Positions 15,696 to 28,300 of a stretch of DNA of 64,000 nt are shown here, piece by piece. The stretch's first letter is position 1; each line of letters opens with the position of its first letter. Origin of the DNA: Octopus vulgaris (Eukaryota); assembly GCA_951406725.2 (NCBI GenBank), contig OX597822.1, forward strand, positions 107,074,001-107,138,000, read 5' to 3'. The notes beneath the pieces were generated by a model that saw only the letters and a list, made by a program, of their open reading frames with translations, did no database searches and was not told the DNA's origin. A program made the position numbers and the translations under genes.

Positions 15696-16751
15696 CTTAC
15701 GACTGTTCATTTGAATTTTTGTCCCTCTACACCACTATATTAGTATACCTGTTGGCAATAGATGGCGCTGTAGTTAGTATGCTCTCTTTAAATTGTTTAC
15801 ACTTCCAGTATTTAATGAATATATCTTGCTTTACTGAAATTCTATCCTAGCAATAGATTCTATATCAAGTGTGTCAGTAGCGGTGTAAAGTATAAATACC
15901 ATTGAAAATTGTAACAAAATATGTCCGAAATGTGAATAATAACGAAACACCTTCCCAGACGGTGATTATTCTGTGTGGAAGCAATATGGCAGATATGATA
16001 TTGGTAAGTAAGACAATACATTCTATGAAGACAATTGTTTCAAGAAGGAAATGAAACATTTAAAATCCTATGAATAAGAGTATTAAACATGGTTGCGCGT
16101 TAATGGAGTGTTGTAGACAGTACCGGGGTGTTGGTGTGGAGTTATTGGAAACCATGCAAATGAGAGGAGGTAAATTATTACAGAACGTACACTATCGGTG
16201 TGATTCTCACAAAATTAGCTTGGAATTTTAAGGAAGGTCTGAGAATTTCTACCTAAGAAGTATATAAAGAAAAGACAAGAAGGAGCAGATGTAGAGAGAT
16301 CTGTTTAAAATGTTACAGAAGAGAATCGGTGTTCTGGGTTCCGATATATTGGAAGTGAAACTATATCACAAACGATGTACTTATAGAATGACATTACTTA
16401 AAGAAGAACAGGAAGACGTTAAAAATATAACAATATACTTGCCGTCAAGTGCAGAAGGTACACGTTGATATAATCTACTTGTAATAACAAAACAAGTAAA
16501 TACCTTAGGAGTTTGAAATTCATTAAAAGTTTCCTAGTAATATACATGCAATTAAAAATAGATTCCTATATATGAGTTTGAAAGTATATATTGCGAAAAG
16601 GCAGATGACACTCCAGGTCTGTAATCCTAAGGAAAGCTTCGGTAACTTTTAATTGTAGACAACTGTTTAAGTTACACCGCAGCGTTGAAAACTCGTGTAA
16701 AGGCAATGATATATCAATATGCATATTGGTATATCCACATCGTTCTACCAA

Positions 16752-16903
16752 ATTCCGTAACTTAGCGGTTCAGCAAAAGAGACCGATAGAATAAGCACTA
16801 GGCTTCCAAAGAATAAGTCCTGGGGGAGATTTGCTCGACTAAAATCGGTGCTCCAGCATTGCCGCACAGTCAATGACTGAAGCAAGTAAAACAGAAAAAG
16901 AGA
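16752..16903 (+). mobile_element. SINE-A 3' fragment
   Basis: ccgtaacttagcggttcagcaaaagagaccgatagaataag... Confidence 0.85.
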
Positions 16904-17013
16904 TTAACCAAAATTCGGCCTAAGTTTATGTCGGCCACCATCTGACAATGATTTTACAGAATTTCAAGTATCAAAGGGAAGGAAGCTGTTATTAGGTTGC
17001 TTGCATATGCTGA

Positions 17014-17377
17014 TGATGTTGAGCGAAGCGTTCTTCTGTAGTGAGAGAAATCCGAAACGTGGTCCTTTGCTATTCGTAAGACCCGCAGAAGAGAAAGCAG
17101 GTCAACCCTCGACACCGAGAGCATCGACGAATGGATGAATGCGCACCAGGCTCAGCGGTTGCGTAGGTAATCGGGGACAAGAAACAGGAAGAAAGAGTGA
17201 GAGAAAGTTGGAGCGAAAGAGTACAACAGGGGTCGCCACCCACCCCCTTCCGCAGCCTCGTGGAGCCTTAGGTGTTTTCACTCAATAAACACACACACCA
17301 CCCGGTCTGAGAATGGAAACTGCGATCCTCCGACCGCGAGTCCGCTGCCCTAAACATTGGGCCATTGCGCCTCCACC
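17014..17377 (-). mobile_element. SINE family C, tail type 3, with TSD
   Basis: Head gtggaggcgcaatggccc; TSD tgcatatgctga at 17002-17013 and 17378-17389. Confidence 0.9.
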
Positions 17378-17550
17378 TGCATATGCTGAATGTGTTAAAA
17401 GATCCAATGACAAAGAGGTACCGAGTAGGTTTAATAAGGAAAAATCTGGTTAAGTAACTGAATGAGAATAAAGCAACGTATACTGCGTATAATTGAATTG
17501 ATTCTGAAATTATATACGTGGCTGTAAATTTTGATAAATAACGGTGACAG

Positions 17551-17875
17551 TAATGATAAAGATAATGGATGAAGATGAAGTAGATATAGCTGAACGGCTT
17601 GGTATTGATTGACAAGTTAATTATGACGGGTGAAAAACCAAAAGGCGTTTTCTATACGAGTGAACAAAAAGATTATGAATTTTTATTTGATGGATAAACA
17701 CTGCACAGGGAATGATCTAAGATTAATGATAAAGATAATGGATGAAGATGAAGTAGATATAGCTGAACGGCTTGGTATTGATTGACAAGTTAATTATGAC
17801 GGGTGAAAAACCAAAAGGCGTTTTCTATTACGAGTGAACAAAAAGATTATGAATTTTTATTTGATGGATAAACAC
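17551..17875. repeat. ~150-bp local tandem duplication
   Basis: taatgataaagataatgg...gatggataaacac at 17551-17701 and 17724-17875, nearly identical. Confidence 0.93.
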
Positions 17876-18477
17876 AGAGAGGACAAACAAGGACAGACAA
17901 ACGGATTAAGTTGATTATATCGACCCCAGTGCGTAACTGGTACTTATTTAATCGACTCCGAAAGAATAAAAGGCAAAGTCGCCCTCGGCGGAATTTGAAC
18001 TGTGAACGTAGCGGCAAACGAAATAGCTATTTCTTTACTACCCACAAACAAGGACAGACAAACGGATTAGGTCGATTATATCGACCCCAGTGCGTAACTG
18101 GTACTTATTTAATCGACTCCGAAAGAATAAAAGGCAAAGTCGCCCTCGGCGGAATTTGAACTGTGAACGTAGCGGCAAACGAAATAGCTATTTCTTTACA
18201 ACCCACAAGGGGCTAAACACAGAGAGGACAAACAAGGACAGACAAACAGATTAAGTCGATTATATCGACCCCAGTGCGTAACTGGTACTTATTTAATCGA
18301 CTCCGAAAGAATGAAAGGCAAAGTCGACCTCGGCGGAATTTGAACTGTGAACGTAGCGGCAAACGAAATAGCTATTTCTTTACTACCCACAAGGGGCTAA
18401 ACACAGAGAGGACAAACAAGGACAGACAAACGGATTAAGTCGATTATATCAACCCCAGTGCGTAACTGGTACTTAAT
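17869..18477 (-). mobile_element. SINE-B 4-unit array
   Basis: Junctions gaaatag|ctatttc at 18026/27, 18187/88 and 18371/72. Confidence 0.93.
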
Positions 18478-19550
18478 TCGTAACTCTTTTTATAAACATA
18501 GTATATTTTCATTTATCTTCATAATATATAAACTATTGGATTTTATTTAACTTATATACCTCAACATATCATGAAACTCAGCTGAAATAAGTCGTAGAAA
18601 GTCGGTTTTTAGTCTCTTCCACTTCATTCGTACCCAAGACTAAATGCTTTCATAAATAGACACATTGCTTCACAATTTGTGTGATGCATTAACCTAAAGG
18701 ATTTTATTCACTAGTTATCAAATTTGCATTTTCCAGCAAATTTGAATCAACACTTGTCTATTTGAAGTAGAATAAATACTCTAAGAGAAAGTGTGTTGCT
18801 TGTTACACGGAACATGATGAATCGAAGCTAAAAAGCTTTTTGCGATTGCAATAACTTCGTTGTAAGCAACTTATTTCCTGACGACTCGAGGTTCCTAACC
18901 CCGATTAAATTCTAAATACTTTTAAACATATATACGTTCATATACTGAACTCATTAATTATTGAGCGGCGCTTTTTATATTTGACGTGACTTTAATTCCA
19001 AAGGAAACCGTAAAGAGGAAAATAATGTATCTCCGCATCAAATCTATTCAAATCAAGTACAAGACAGCCCTACACGACTCTTAGATATATCTTCCTACAT
19101 TATATTTTTCTATGTAGCCAAAGCAAGAAATAATCAAAGTATGATCAAAAGATCTTCGTATAATGCACGTTAATGGTTTTCAGTTGCTGGTTTAGATACA
19201 AGGTCACCCTTAAATAGAAAAGTCAACTAAGAAGATTTAATCTATAAAATATCAGTAAAAGCACTTGTCGTTAATCTCTAAAATGTTGCTTCGTTTCTTC
19301 ATGTATTCTTAGCCATGTCTTTCTCACAACGATACATAATGGTACGCTTTATAAGCTTTTTTTTTACCAAACTTTATCATTACTCACGCAAACACATACA
19401 TGCACACACAAAGTCGAGTAGGCGCATACTCACATAAGCATGCGCTAGCACACACACACACACACACATATTAAGCACATATATATACCTAAATACATTT
19501 ATATATATATACATATATATATATATATACATACATGTATATATACCTAA

Positions 19551-19610
<60 letters not shown>

Positions 19611-19765
19611 GTATGTATGTATATATGTATGTATGTATTTTTGCACTCAGAATATGTATATATTTGAATTATATGTGTGTGTATGTGTGTTTGTGCTCAG
19701 AATATTTTATATATATGTATAAATAGGTATGCACTCACAGACACATACTACTACTACTATTACTG

Positions 19766-19822
<57 letters not shown>

Positions 19823-19985
19823 TTACTAGTAGTAGTAGTATACGCGAGCATAATCAATACTCGTATATATATATATTTGACAAAACTAACGTAAAGGTAG
19901 CAACGATCTATTCAGTATGTAATTTACATTATGTAACAGATAAAATTCTTTGTTAAACTGCACCGTAGTTTAACATGATGTATGC

Positions 19986-20057
<72 letters not shown>

Positions 20058-20059
<2 letters not shown>

Positions 20060-20281
20060 CTGGCAGAAACTTTAGCGCGCCGGGCGAAATGCTTCGCGGT
20101 ATTTCGTCTGTCGTTACGTTCTGAGTTCAAATTCCGCCAAGGTCGACGTTGCCTTTCATCCTTTCGGGGTCGATAAATAAAGTACCAGTTATGCACTGGG
20201 GTCGATGTAATCGACTTAATCCCTTTTTCTGTCCTTGTTTGTCCCCTCTATGTTTAGCCCCTTGTGGGTAGTAAAGAAATA
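20058..20281 (+). mobile_element. SINE-B monomer inside (TA)n
   Basis: gctggcagaaac...gtgggtagtaaagaaata. Confidence 0.92.
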
Positions 20282-20544
20282 TATATATATTCATAAATGC
20301 ATATATATTCATACATACACACGTACATACACATATACAAGCATGCTTATATACATATATGTATGTATCTATGTATCTATGCATTATGTATATATATATA
20401 TATACGCGCATATATATGCGGGTGTGTCTGGAAGTCGACTAATAGCCCCTGAATCAGGAAAAATGCTCTCGTATATCTGTCAACATAGTGGGTATATTAA
20501 TCGAAGTGTCGAAGTGCGCAAAATATTATATACATTACGGCAGT

Positions 20545-20630
20545 ACTTAACAGTCGGTTTCGCACGATAGATACAAGGGAATTTTAGTTAACAGTGTGAT
20601 TATGTAACCCTACCCTCATCAGAGATAGAT
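20545..20630 (-). ncRNA. Degenerate hammerhead with long stem II (Penelope type)
   Basis: Minus: CTGATGAG ggtag...ctatcgtgc GAAA ccga; stems imperfect. Confidence 0.4.
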
Positions 20631-20892
20631 AGATATAAATATACATATATATATACATATATAATGCATATTTATGTATATATTTATATGCATATGTTTA
20701 TATATAGTCATACCTGCGTACGTTTATATCTATGATTTTAATAGAACTTTTGTTAAATTTCTTGGAACCGAACGTTTCATGCTGACGGAATTCATTTCCT
20801 TTCAGCTGCAATTCATTTCCCAGCGCAGAGACTAAAAATAACGACGCCAAGGCTGCCTGTTGGACGCTGTAGGGATTGACACAGTTCACTTG

Positions 20893-20951
<59 letters not shown>

Positions 20952-20959
20952 CATCTCAT

Positions 20960-21260
20960 GTAGTATTATTGACCGAGGTTGCCGTGGTCTTTTCTGTAGG
21001 CTTTTCTTTTCATGGATAAACCTTATCTGCTTCCTCCTTTACACTTACATCATGACATTTCTGTGATACACGATCCCTATTGATCGTTTGTTTCTTCTTT
21101 TCTTTTTTTTCTGTTTTTTTTTCTTCTTTCCCTTTTACGATCCCTTTTGATCGAAAACCTACCCCACTTTATTTTTTTTCTCTCTCCCCCGAAAAGAAAC
21201 GCTCTACTTTGTAATCTCTCCCGTCTGTGTACAGCCCTGTGTGGCTAATAAAGAAACATA
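20960..21260 (+). mobile_element. Probable 3' UTR end of another Tx1/L1-like element, inserted in (ATCT)n
   Basis: T-rich segment ending cccgtctgtgtacagccctgtgtggctaataaagaaa, similar to the SINE-B and Tx1 termini; ATCT repeats flank it. Confidence 0.5.
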
Positions 21261-21262
21261 TC

Positions 21263-21493
21263 TATTTCTTTACTACCCACAAGGGGCTAAACACAGAGAA
21301 GACAAACAAGCACAGACAAACGGATTAAGTCGATTAGATCGACCCCAGTGCGTAACTGGTATTTAATTTATCGACCCCGAAAGGATGAAAGGCAAAGTCA
21401 ACCTCGGCGGAATTTGAACTCAGAACCTAATGGCAGACGAAATACGGCTACGCATTTCGCCCGACGTGCTAACGATTCTGCCAGCTCGCCGCC
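21263..21493 (-). mobile_element. SINE-B monomer with ~20-bp TSD
   Basis: TSD taataaagaaacatatctat at 21246-21265 and 21494-21513. Confidence 0.93.
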
Positions 21494-21604
21494 TAATAAA
21501 GAAACATATCTATCTATCTATCCATCCATCAATATACCCACCCACCCGAAATGCCGCTAAACACTATGCCTGGCTTGTCAAATATTCAGTCGGCTCGCGA
21601 ACGT

Positions 21605-21639
<35 letters not shown>

Positions 21640-21641
<2 letters not shown>

Positions 21642-22075
21642 CAGGAATCGGGATAATATTTTGGTGAATAAATAAAAGAAAAAAGAAAGAACTCTCATGT
21701 TAATCGAAACAGCATGTCCCAGAGACGAAATAGTCAAAGAGAAAGAAGAAACACTGAACAAGTAGGACGATTTGAAGTGGGAAATACGAATGTTGTGGTC
21801 AATGAGGAGAGTAAACGTGATACCAATAGTAAGTGGCGCACTTGAAAGTATCAGCCCTCAGCTACCAGCATGGATCAAAAAGTTGGGACATATGTAAAGA
21901 CAGAACGCCTACAAAAATTAGAATTGCTTGGAACAGCAAGAAATCTTCGCAGGGTTCTTGAAGCATGAACGGTAAACAATCGTCACCTCACTCTGCTGGC
22001 TGTGTACAGCTGACACTTTCCATCATACCCAGTAAAATAAGCTGAGAGTATTCATCAAATAATTATAATAATAAT
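21640..22075 (+). mobile_element. 3' end of an R4/Dong-clade (RLE) non-LTR retrotransposon
   Basis: Reads LIETACPRDEIVKEKEE..DDLKWEIRMLWSMRRVNVIPIVSGAL..LQKLELLGTARNLRRVL (RLE C-terminus), then a short UTR and a (TAA)n tail. Confidence 0.85.
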
Positions 22076-22116
22076 GATAATAATATTAATACTACTACTA
22101 CTAATAATAATAATAA

Positions 22117-22674
22117 CTGCCCTGATGCAGTATCAGGCAGTTGCTCTCGTGGTTTCCGATCTTAACTGATTGGAAGTGTTGTCATGTACATTGTTTTGTC
22201 TTGGTATAAAAGATGGGCTACAGCAAATATTCTGCTCAATACCACAGATTTGCTTGTCAGTTGTTTGACCTTAACCAGTTGAGCATGTCCCTTAGTGGCT
22301 GAAGATATGTGCATCTCTGATCACGAGCAGAAGTAGTGGGGGAGCATCATAGCCATGTGTTGAGAGGGATTCTTTGGGGTTTGAATAATTCACCTCTGGA
22401 AACATGGGTGGTTCGTTCAACATCCTTAAACAATCCTTATTCAGGGACCTTTTGATCGGGATGGGCTACTCGACCAGAAGGCAATTCTAACTGGGCCCCA
22501 CCTGCATGGTCGTATGCTGTTTGTCTTGATCTGATCTCACCATGTGGCGCACATATGGTTGTGATGCATGTGCCTAGTGTACCCTTTTCAGACGGGTAGT
22601 CATGATGGGTATACTGGGCTTCGTATATTTTACCCCAGTGTCAGTTTGATGGCATGCACTGCTCTCTTTCTCCC

Positions 22675-22700
<26 letters not shown>
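22117..22700 (+). mobile_element. Unclassified ~560-bp element between (TAA)n tracts
   Basis: Higher-complexity block with 5' hairpin ctgccctgat-gcagt-atcaggcag and (TAA)n on both sides. Confidence 0.5.
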
Positions 22701-22735
<35 letters not shown>

Positions 22736-23239
22736 GTGATGATGTAAAAATATATATGGGATAAGAGTTGCGCTAATAATCGTATATGTACAGGATAGTT
22801 TAATATAGAAGTTTCTGTATGGATTATTTTTATGGTTAAAACAACATATAAATAACAGCGTTACGAAATTTGATTGTTTGAGAAATAGTTGTGTGAAGAA
22901 TGGATAATATTCAGTAGAATTAAGAACTCTTATTACAAATTTAATGTGCAGCTATTTACGGAAAAATTTCAATAGATAATTTATATTTTTACAATCAAAT
23001 AATTTGAGTTGAACAATTGAACATATAATTACACTATACACCCAGCACACACACGCGCATGCGCGAGCGGCTGATAGTTTCTAGTTTATTAAATTGGCTT
23101 AACATTATACTAAAGGGTTAGCGAGTATATTTTTACAGTACATGTTTATTAAAACTTTACAAAGAACAGGTTGAGACTATCCTCAAAGGCAACACAGCTG
23201 CAACTTCGAAGTCACAGTCAATTTTTTTTGTGAAAGTTT

Positions 23240-23392
23240 AGTAGGCGCAGGAGTGCCTATGTGGTAAGAAGTTTGCTTCGCGAACACGTAGTTTCGAAGT
23301 TCGTATCACAGCGAGGCACGTGGTGCGAGTGTTTTCTGCTATAAAACCCGGGCTGACCAAAGCCTTCTGAGTGGATTTGGTACACGAACACG

Positions 23393-23457
<65 letters not shown>

Positions 23458-23690
23458 TCATCAACACATATACACACACACACATGCACACACATACATG
23501 TATATGCGCAAGAGTGGCTATGTTGTAAGAAGCTTCCTTCCCAAGATCATCGTTCCGGTTTCAGAACCGTTGGGAAAGTATCTTAAAGCATGCTAGGTAT
23601 TCTATCGGTCTTTTCGTGGAACGGCTAGGTTACGGGGACGTAAACACACCAACACCGGTTGTCAAGTGGTAGTCGGGAGAAACACACAGC

Positions 23691-23725
<35 letters not shown>

Positions 23726-23845
23726 CCGTCAAGCAAAACCACAAGCAAGTCTTTGGTCCCCCCGAGGCTATTGTAGGAACTTGCCCAAGGTATCGCGCAG
23801 CGGGGCTGAGCCCGGAACTATGCTTCTTACAACACAGCCAAAGAA
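23240..23845. mobile_element. Cluster of diverged SINE-A fragments on both strands
   Basis: Heads at ~23242 and ~23505 (plus); inverted copy at ~23590-23845. Confidence 0.7.
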
Positions 23846-24334
23846 ACATCCTTTCTATTATAAAAGCTCTTTCACGTTTAACTGCTTTTTCTTTGGATAT
23901 TACACAGTCTCTCTTCAACTTTATACAATTTCCACAAATATATACCCTCACCTTTTCTCCTAATCTTGGACCTCGTCCCTTTTTCGCGTATACTTCATTG
24001 TTTTCTCAACATGTATGATGTTTCCTCACTTGTTTCACATATTTTTCCTTCTCACCACCCACCCTCCGTCCGATCCCTATATGTATTTTTCCAAATACAC
24101 TTTCCGTCCCACACCCCTAAGCACAGTCTAACAATTTTCCACACCAAAAGTAACAGCCAACACCTTACACACCAGCCTATTTACCCATCGCCCTTCATAG
24201 CGACCTTCTTATCCACGGACACACTACTCCCGCTAACTCATTCCGCCCTTACTCCTCCCCACATACAAGCATATCCACCTGGCCTCTGAATATGTTTCCT
24301 TTCTCACTTCTATTAAAATTTTTCTTACATTTCA

Positions 24335-24375
24335 CATTTTTGATGAAGGACTAGCCTCCGAAACGTTAAAGACCA
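24335..24375 (+). ncRNA. Decayed minimal hammerhead (Penelope type)
   Basis: ttt-TTGATGA-a-gga ctagcc tcc-GAAA-cgtta-aaga, with C3 changed to T. Confidence 0.5.
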
Positions 24376-24396
24376 TTTCCCTTTCCTTTCAAAGGT

Positions 24397-24458
<62 letters not shown>

Positions 24459-24519
24459 TATATACATATATATATATATACATATATATACATATATATA
24501 CATATACATATATATATAC

Positions 24520-25022
<503 letters not shown>

Positions 25023-25025
25023 CAC

Positions 25026-25275
<250 letters not shown>

Positions 25276-25333
25276 ATATATATGTATAACTTAGAAAGGT
25301 TTTTGGCCAGTATTGGCCCAGGCCATGTCTAAC

Positions 25334-28300
25334 TTAATAGCACCACCTGGCGAAGTCTTTCAGTTCAGGATTTGGGCACCAAGGCCCATTCGAGCAGAGA
25401 GTTATTGTTTGCGGAGACATATCCGGGTGTGGATGGTTTGTCCGGTACTGTTTGAAGGAATTTGTCCAAAGACTTCTTGAATTTTGTGTGGTCAGTTTCT
25501 TTTTTTTGACGTGTCCTGGTGTAATGTTGAAGAGAGCGGGTCCAATTGAGGTGAAATAGTTGTGCCGTATTGTCGTTATGTGATGCGATTTAGATTTTTG
25601 TTGTGGACGGATGGCACGTGGTCCAAGTCTTGGATGCATTTTGAAGGTGATGCCAACATCATTCGGACAGTGCTGATGGAATATTTTCCACATCATACAG
25701 ATAATGTAGCGTTCACGGCGTCGTTGGAGTGAATACAATTTCAGCTTCTCTAGTCTACCCCAGTAGTCAAGGTCTGACATGCCATCTATCTTTTTTGTGA
25801 TTGACCTTTGGGGAGCTTCAATTCTCATAATATTTTGTTTTGTGTAGGGAGACCACAGTGGACAGCAGTATTCAAGGTGGGGTCGGGCAAAAGTGGAGAA
25901 GAGAAGGATAATAGCGTGGGAATCTCTCGACTGGAAGGTTCTGAGAATCCAGGAACACATTCTGCGGGCCATGTCAACTTTGCTGCTTATATGTGTAGCC
26001 CAGCTTATGTTGTTGTCCACTGTTACTCCCAGGTCTCTGATGTTGTTGGATGCCATGAGAATTTCTCCAGAAGGAAGAGAGTATGGGAGTTTCAGAGCGT
26101 CCTCCCTTCCAAAGTGGATCAGTTCGAATTTGTCTTCATTTAGCAACATGTTATTCTTTTCCGCCCATTGGACAACAGCTAGTAGGTCTGACTGAAGGTT
26201 TATTCGGTCATCCACGCCATTGATGACCTTCTGGAGCTTGGAATCATCAGCGAAGGTTCTGATGTTGCTGTGTTTGATGGTGTCAGTAATATCATTTATG
26301 TAGATGATGAAGAGAAGTGGGCCCAACACAGTGCCTTGTGGGACACCACTGCTGACTTTGGCTGGGCTGGATTTGACTCCTTCGACTACAACATGTTGGG
26401 TTCTGTTAGAGAGGAAGCACTTGATCCATTGCAGCAGCTTTCCAGTGACACCAATATTGGACAGCTTTCTCAGAAGGATCTTATGATCAACCCTGTCAAA
26501 GGCCTTGCTGAAATCAAGGTAGATGACATCAGTGTTGGAACCCTCTCCCAAGGCTCTCAAAATGTCATCAAAATGATGCAGTAGCTGCGTCAGGCAATCT
26601 CTCCCATTACGGAATCCATGCTGGTTGGGGTTCAGCATATTATGACTCTCAAGGAAGTGAGTCATACGCGATCTCAGCACCCTCTCAAATACCTTGATGA
26701 TATGAGAGGTGAGTGAGATTGGACGGTAATTCACGGCAAGCGATTTGTTTCCTTTTTTGAAAACTGGGATAACAGACTGGGATAGAAGGTCTTCTGGTAT
26801 ATATCCAGCATCCAATGAGTTCCGCCACAGATTGGCTAGAGGGAGTGCAAGTTGGTTTTGACACATCTTCAAGACACAAGCAGGGAACCTATCGGGACCT
26901 ACTGCTGAATTATGCTTCATTTCCTTTATTGCTGCTAAGACATCAGGAGCGCCAAATGTTATGTCCGATAAAGTGTATTGGGGAGTAACATCACTGATAC
27001 AGCCCAGATCAGTCATATCAGGATTGTTGAAAACAGAGCAATATTGTTTCTGCAATATTTCTCCCATGGTTTTGGCATTGTCTTGAAGAATACCATTTTC
27101 ATCAATCAGAGGGCCAACAGTAGAACCAGTGACTCTGTGTTTTTTTGCAAATGAAAAGAACACTTTGGGATTGAGTTTGATCTTCTCAATGGCCCAGGCC
27201 TCTTCAGCTCTTCGCTGACTATTGATGATAGACATCATGTTGTTTTGGAGTTTATGTTTTTTAATCTCTAGCGACGAGATGGGAGTCAGGTTGGTGTGTT
27301 GCTGTTGACAGTATTTCAGCATGTTGATCTTTTTGTTGATTCTTTTAATTTTCCTTATGAGAGATTTTCTATTTCTAGGGATTCGACACTTAGATTTGTT
27401 TGCAGATCTTAATGGGGTGTGTCTTGCACATATGTTCGTGATGGTGTCTACAAGTGACTGCCAGGACTTTTTGATGTTAGTGGGTGTGTATGTGTGCGTG
27501 AAGGACCAATCGACTTGTGCAAGATCATTATTGATCGCTTCCCAGTTTGCATTGTGGAAATCCATAGTGTCAAATGGATGAACAGGAGGGATGACATTTG
27601 TTTTGCATTTTGGCCAGTGAAATCTCAGATCACAGAGAACCATGTCATGGTCGGAGAGTAGGGTTTTCTCCACTGCAATATTGTGGATAGTATCAGTGTG
27701 ATTGCTGAAAATTAAGTCTAAGACGTTTTTGTGACATCTCGTTGGTTCGAGTACCAGTTGGGACAAGAAGAAGTCATCCATGAAGTCAAGAAGCGATTCC
27801 ACTGCCTCCCTGTCAGGGGTTGAGAGAGAAGAACCTGGCGGCAGACTGTTTGTAGACCAGTCAACCCCGGGAAGGTTGAAATCTCCCATCATTAAAATGT
27901 TGTCAGGTTGACACTGCTGAATGAAACACTTTATGCTGTTGAGGCATTCCTTGAAGCATGGTAGGGGCGTTTGGGGTGGTCTGTAGAGCCCAACTACTGT
28001 TAAGTTGTTGGTTTGACTGAATACAGCGACTGCTTCGCAGTATCCATTCGAAAATATGTTCATGGCTTCTGTTGAGAATGAATCATGGACATAAATGGCA
28101 GTCCCACCCTTTCTTCTGCCAACACGATCAGCACGAATGGTTTTGAAATTTTTAACTTTCACCTCGGCTTCCAAGTGGAGGTCACTAAGATGGGTTTCAG
28201 TGAGGACGAAGAAAGGGATGTGGTTTGGATGGGCCTCGACCCAGTCCTCCAGGAATCTTATCTTCCATTTTTGTGTATTGGTGGAAGGGCTGATGCCTTG

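Noticed and set aside
16985-17022. RLLAYADDV RT-like motif
   Set aside because: The DDV part comes from the tail of the inserted SINE-C, beyond the TSD. The flanks may be a very old LINE, but that cannot be supported.
17869-18477. CRISPR-like repeat array
   Set aside because: Units are ~180-bp SINE copies with no unique spacers, in a eukaryotic context with no cas genes.
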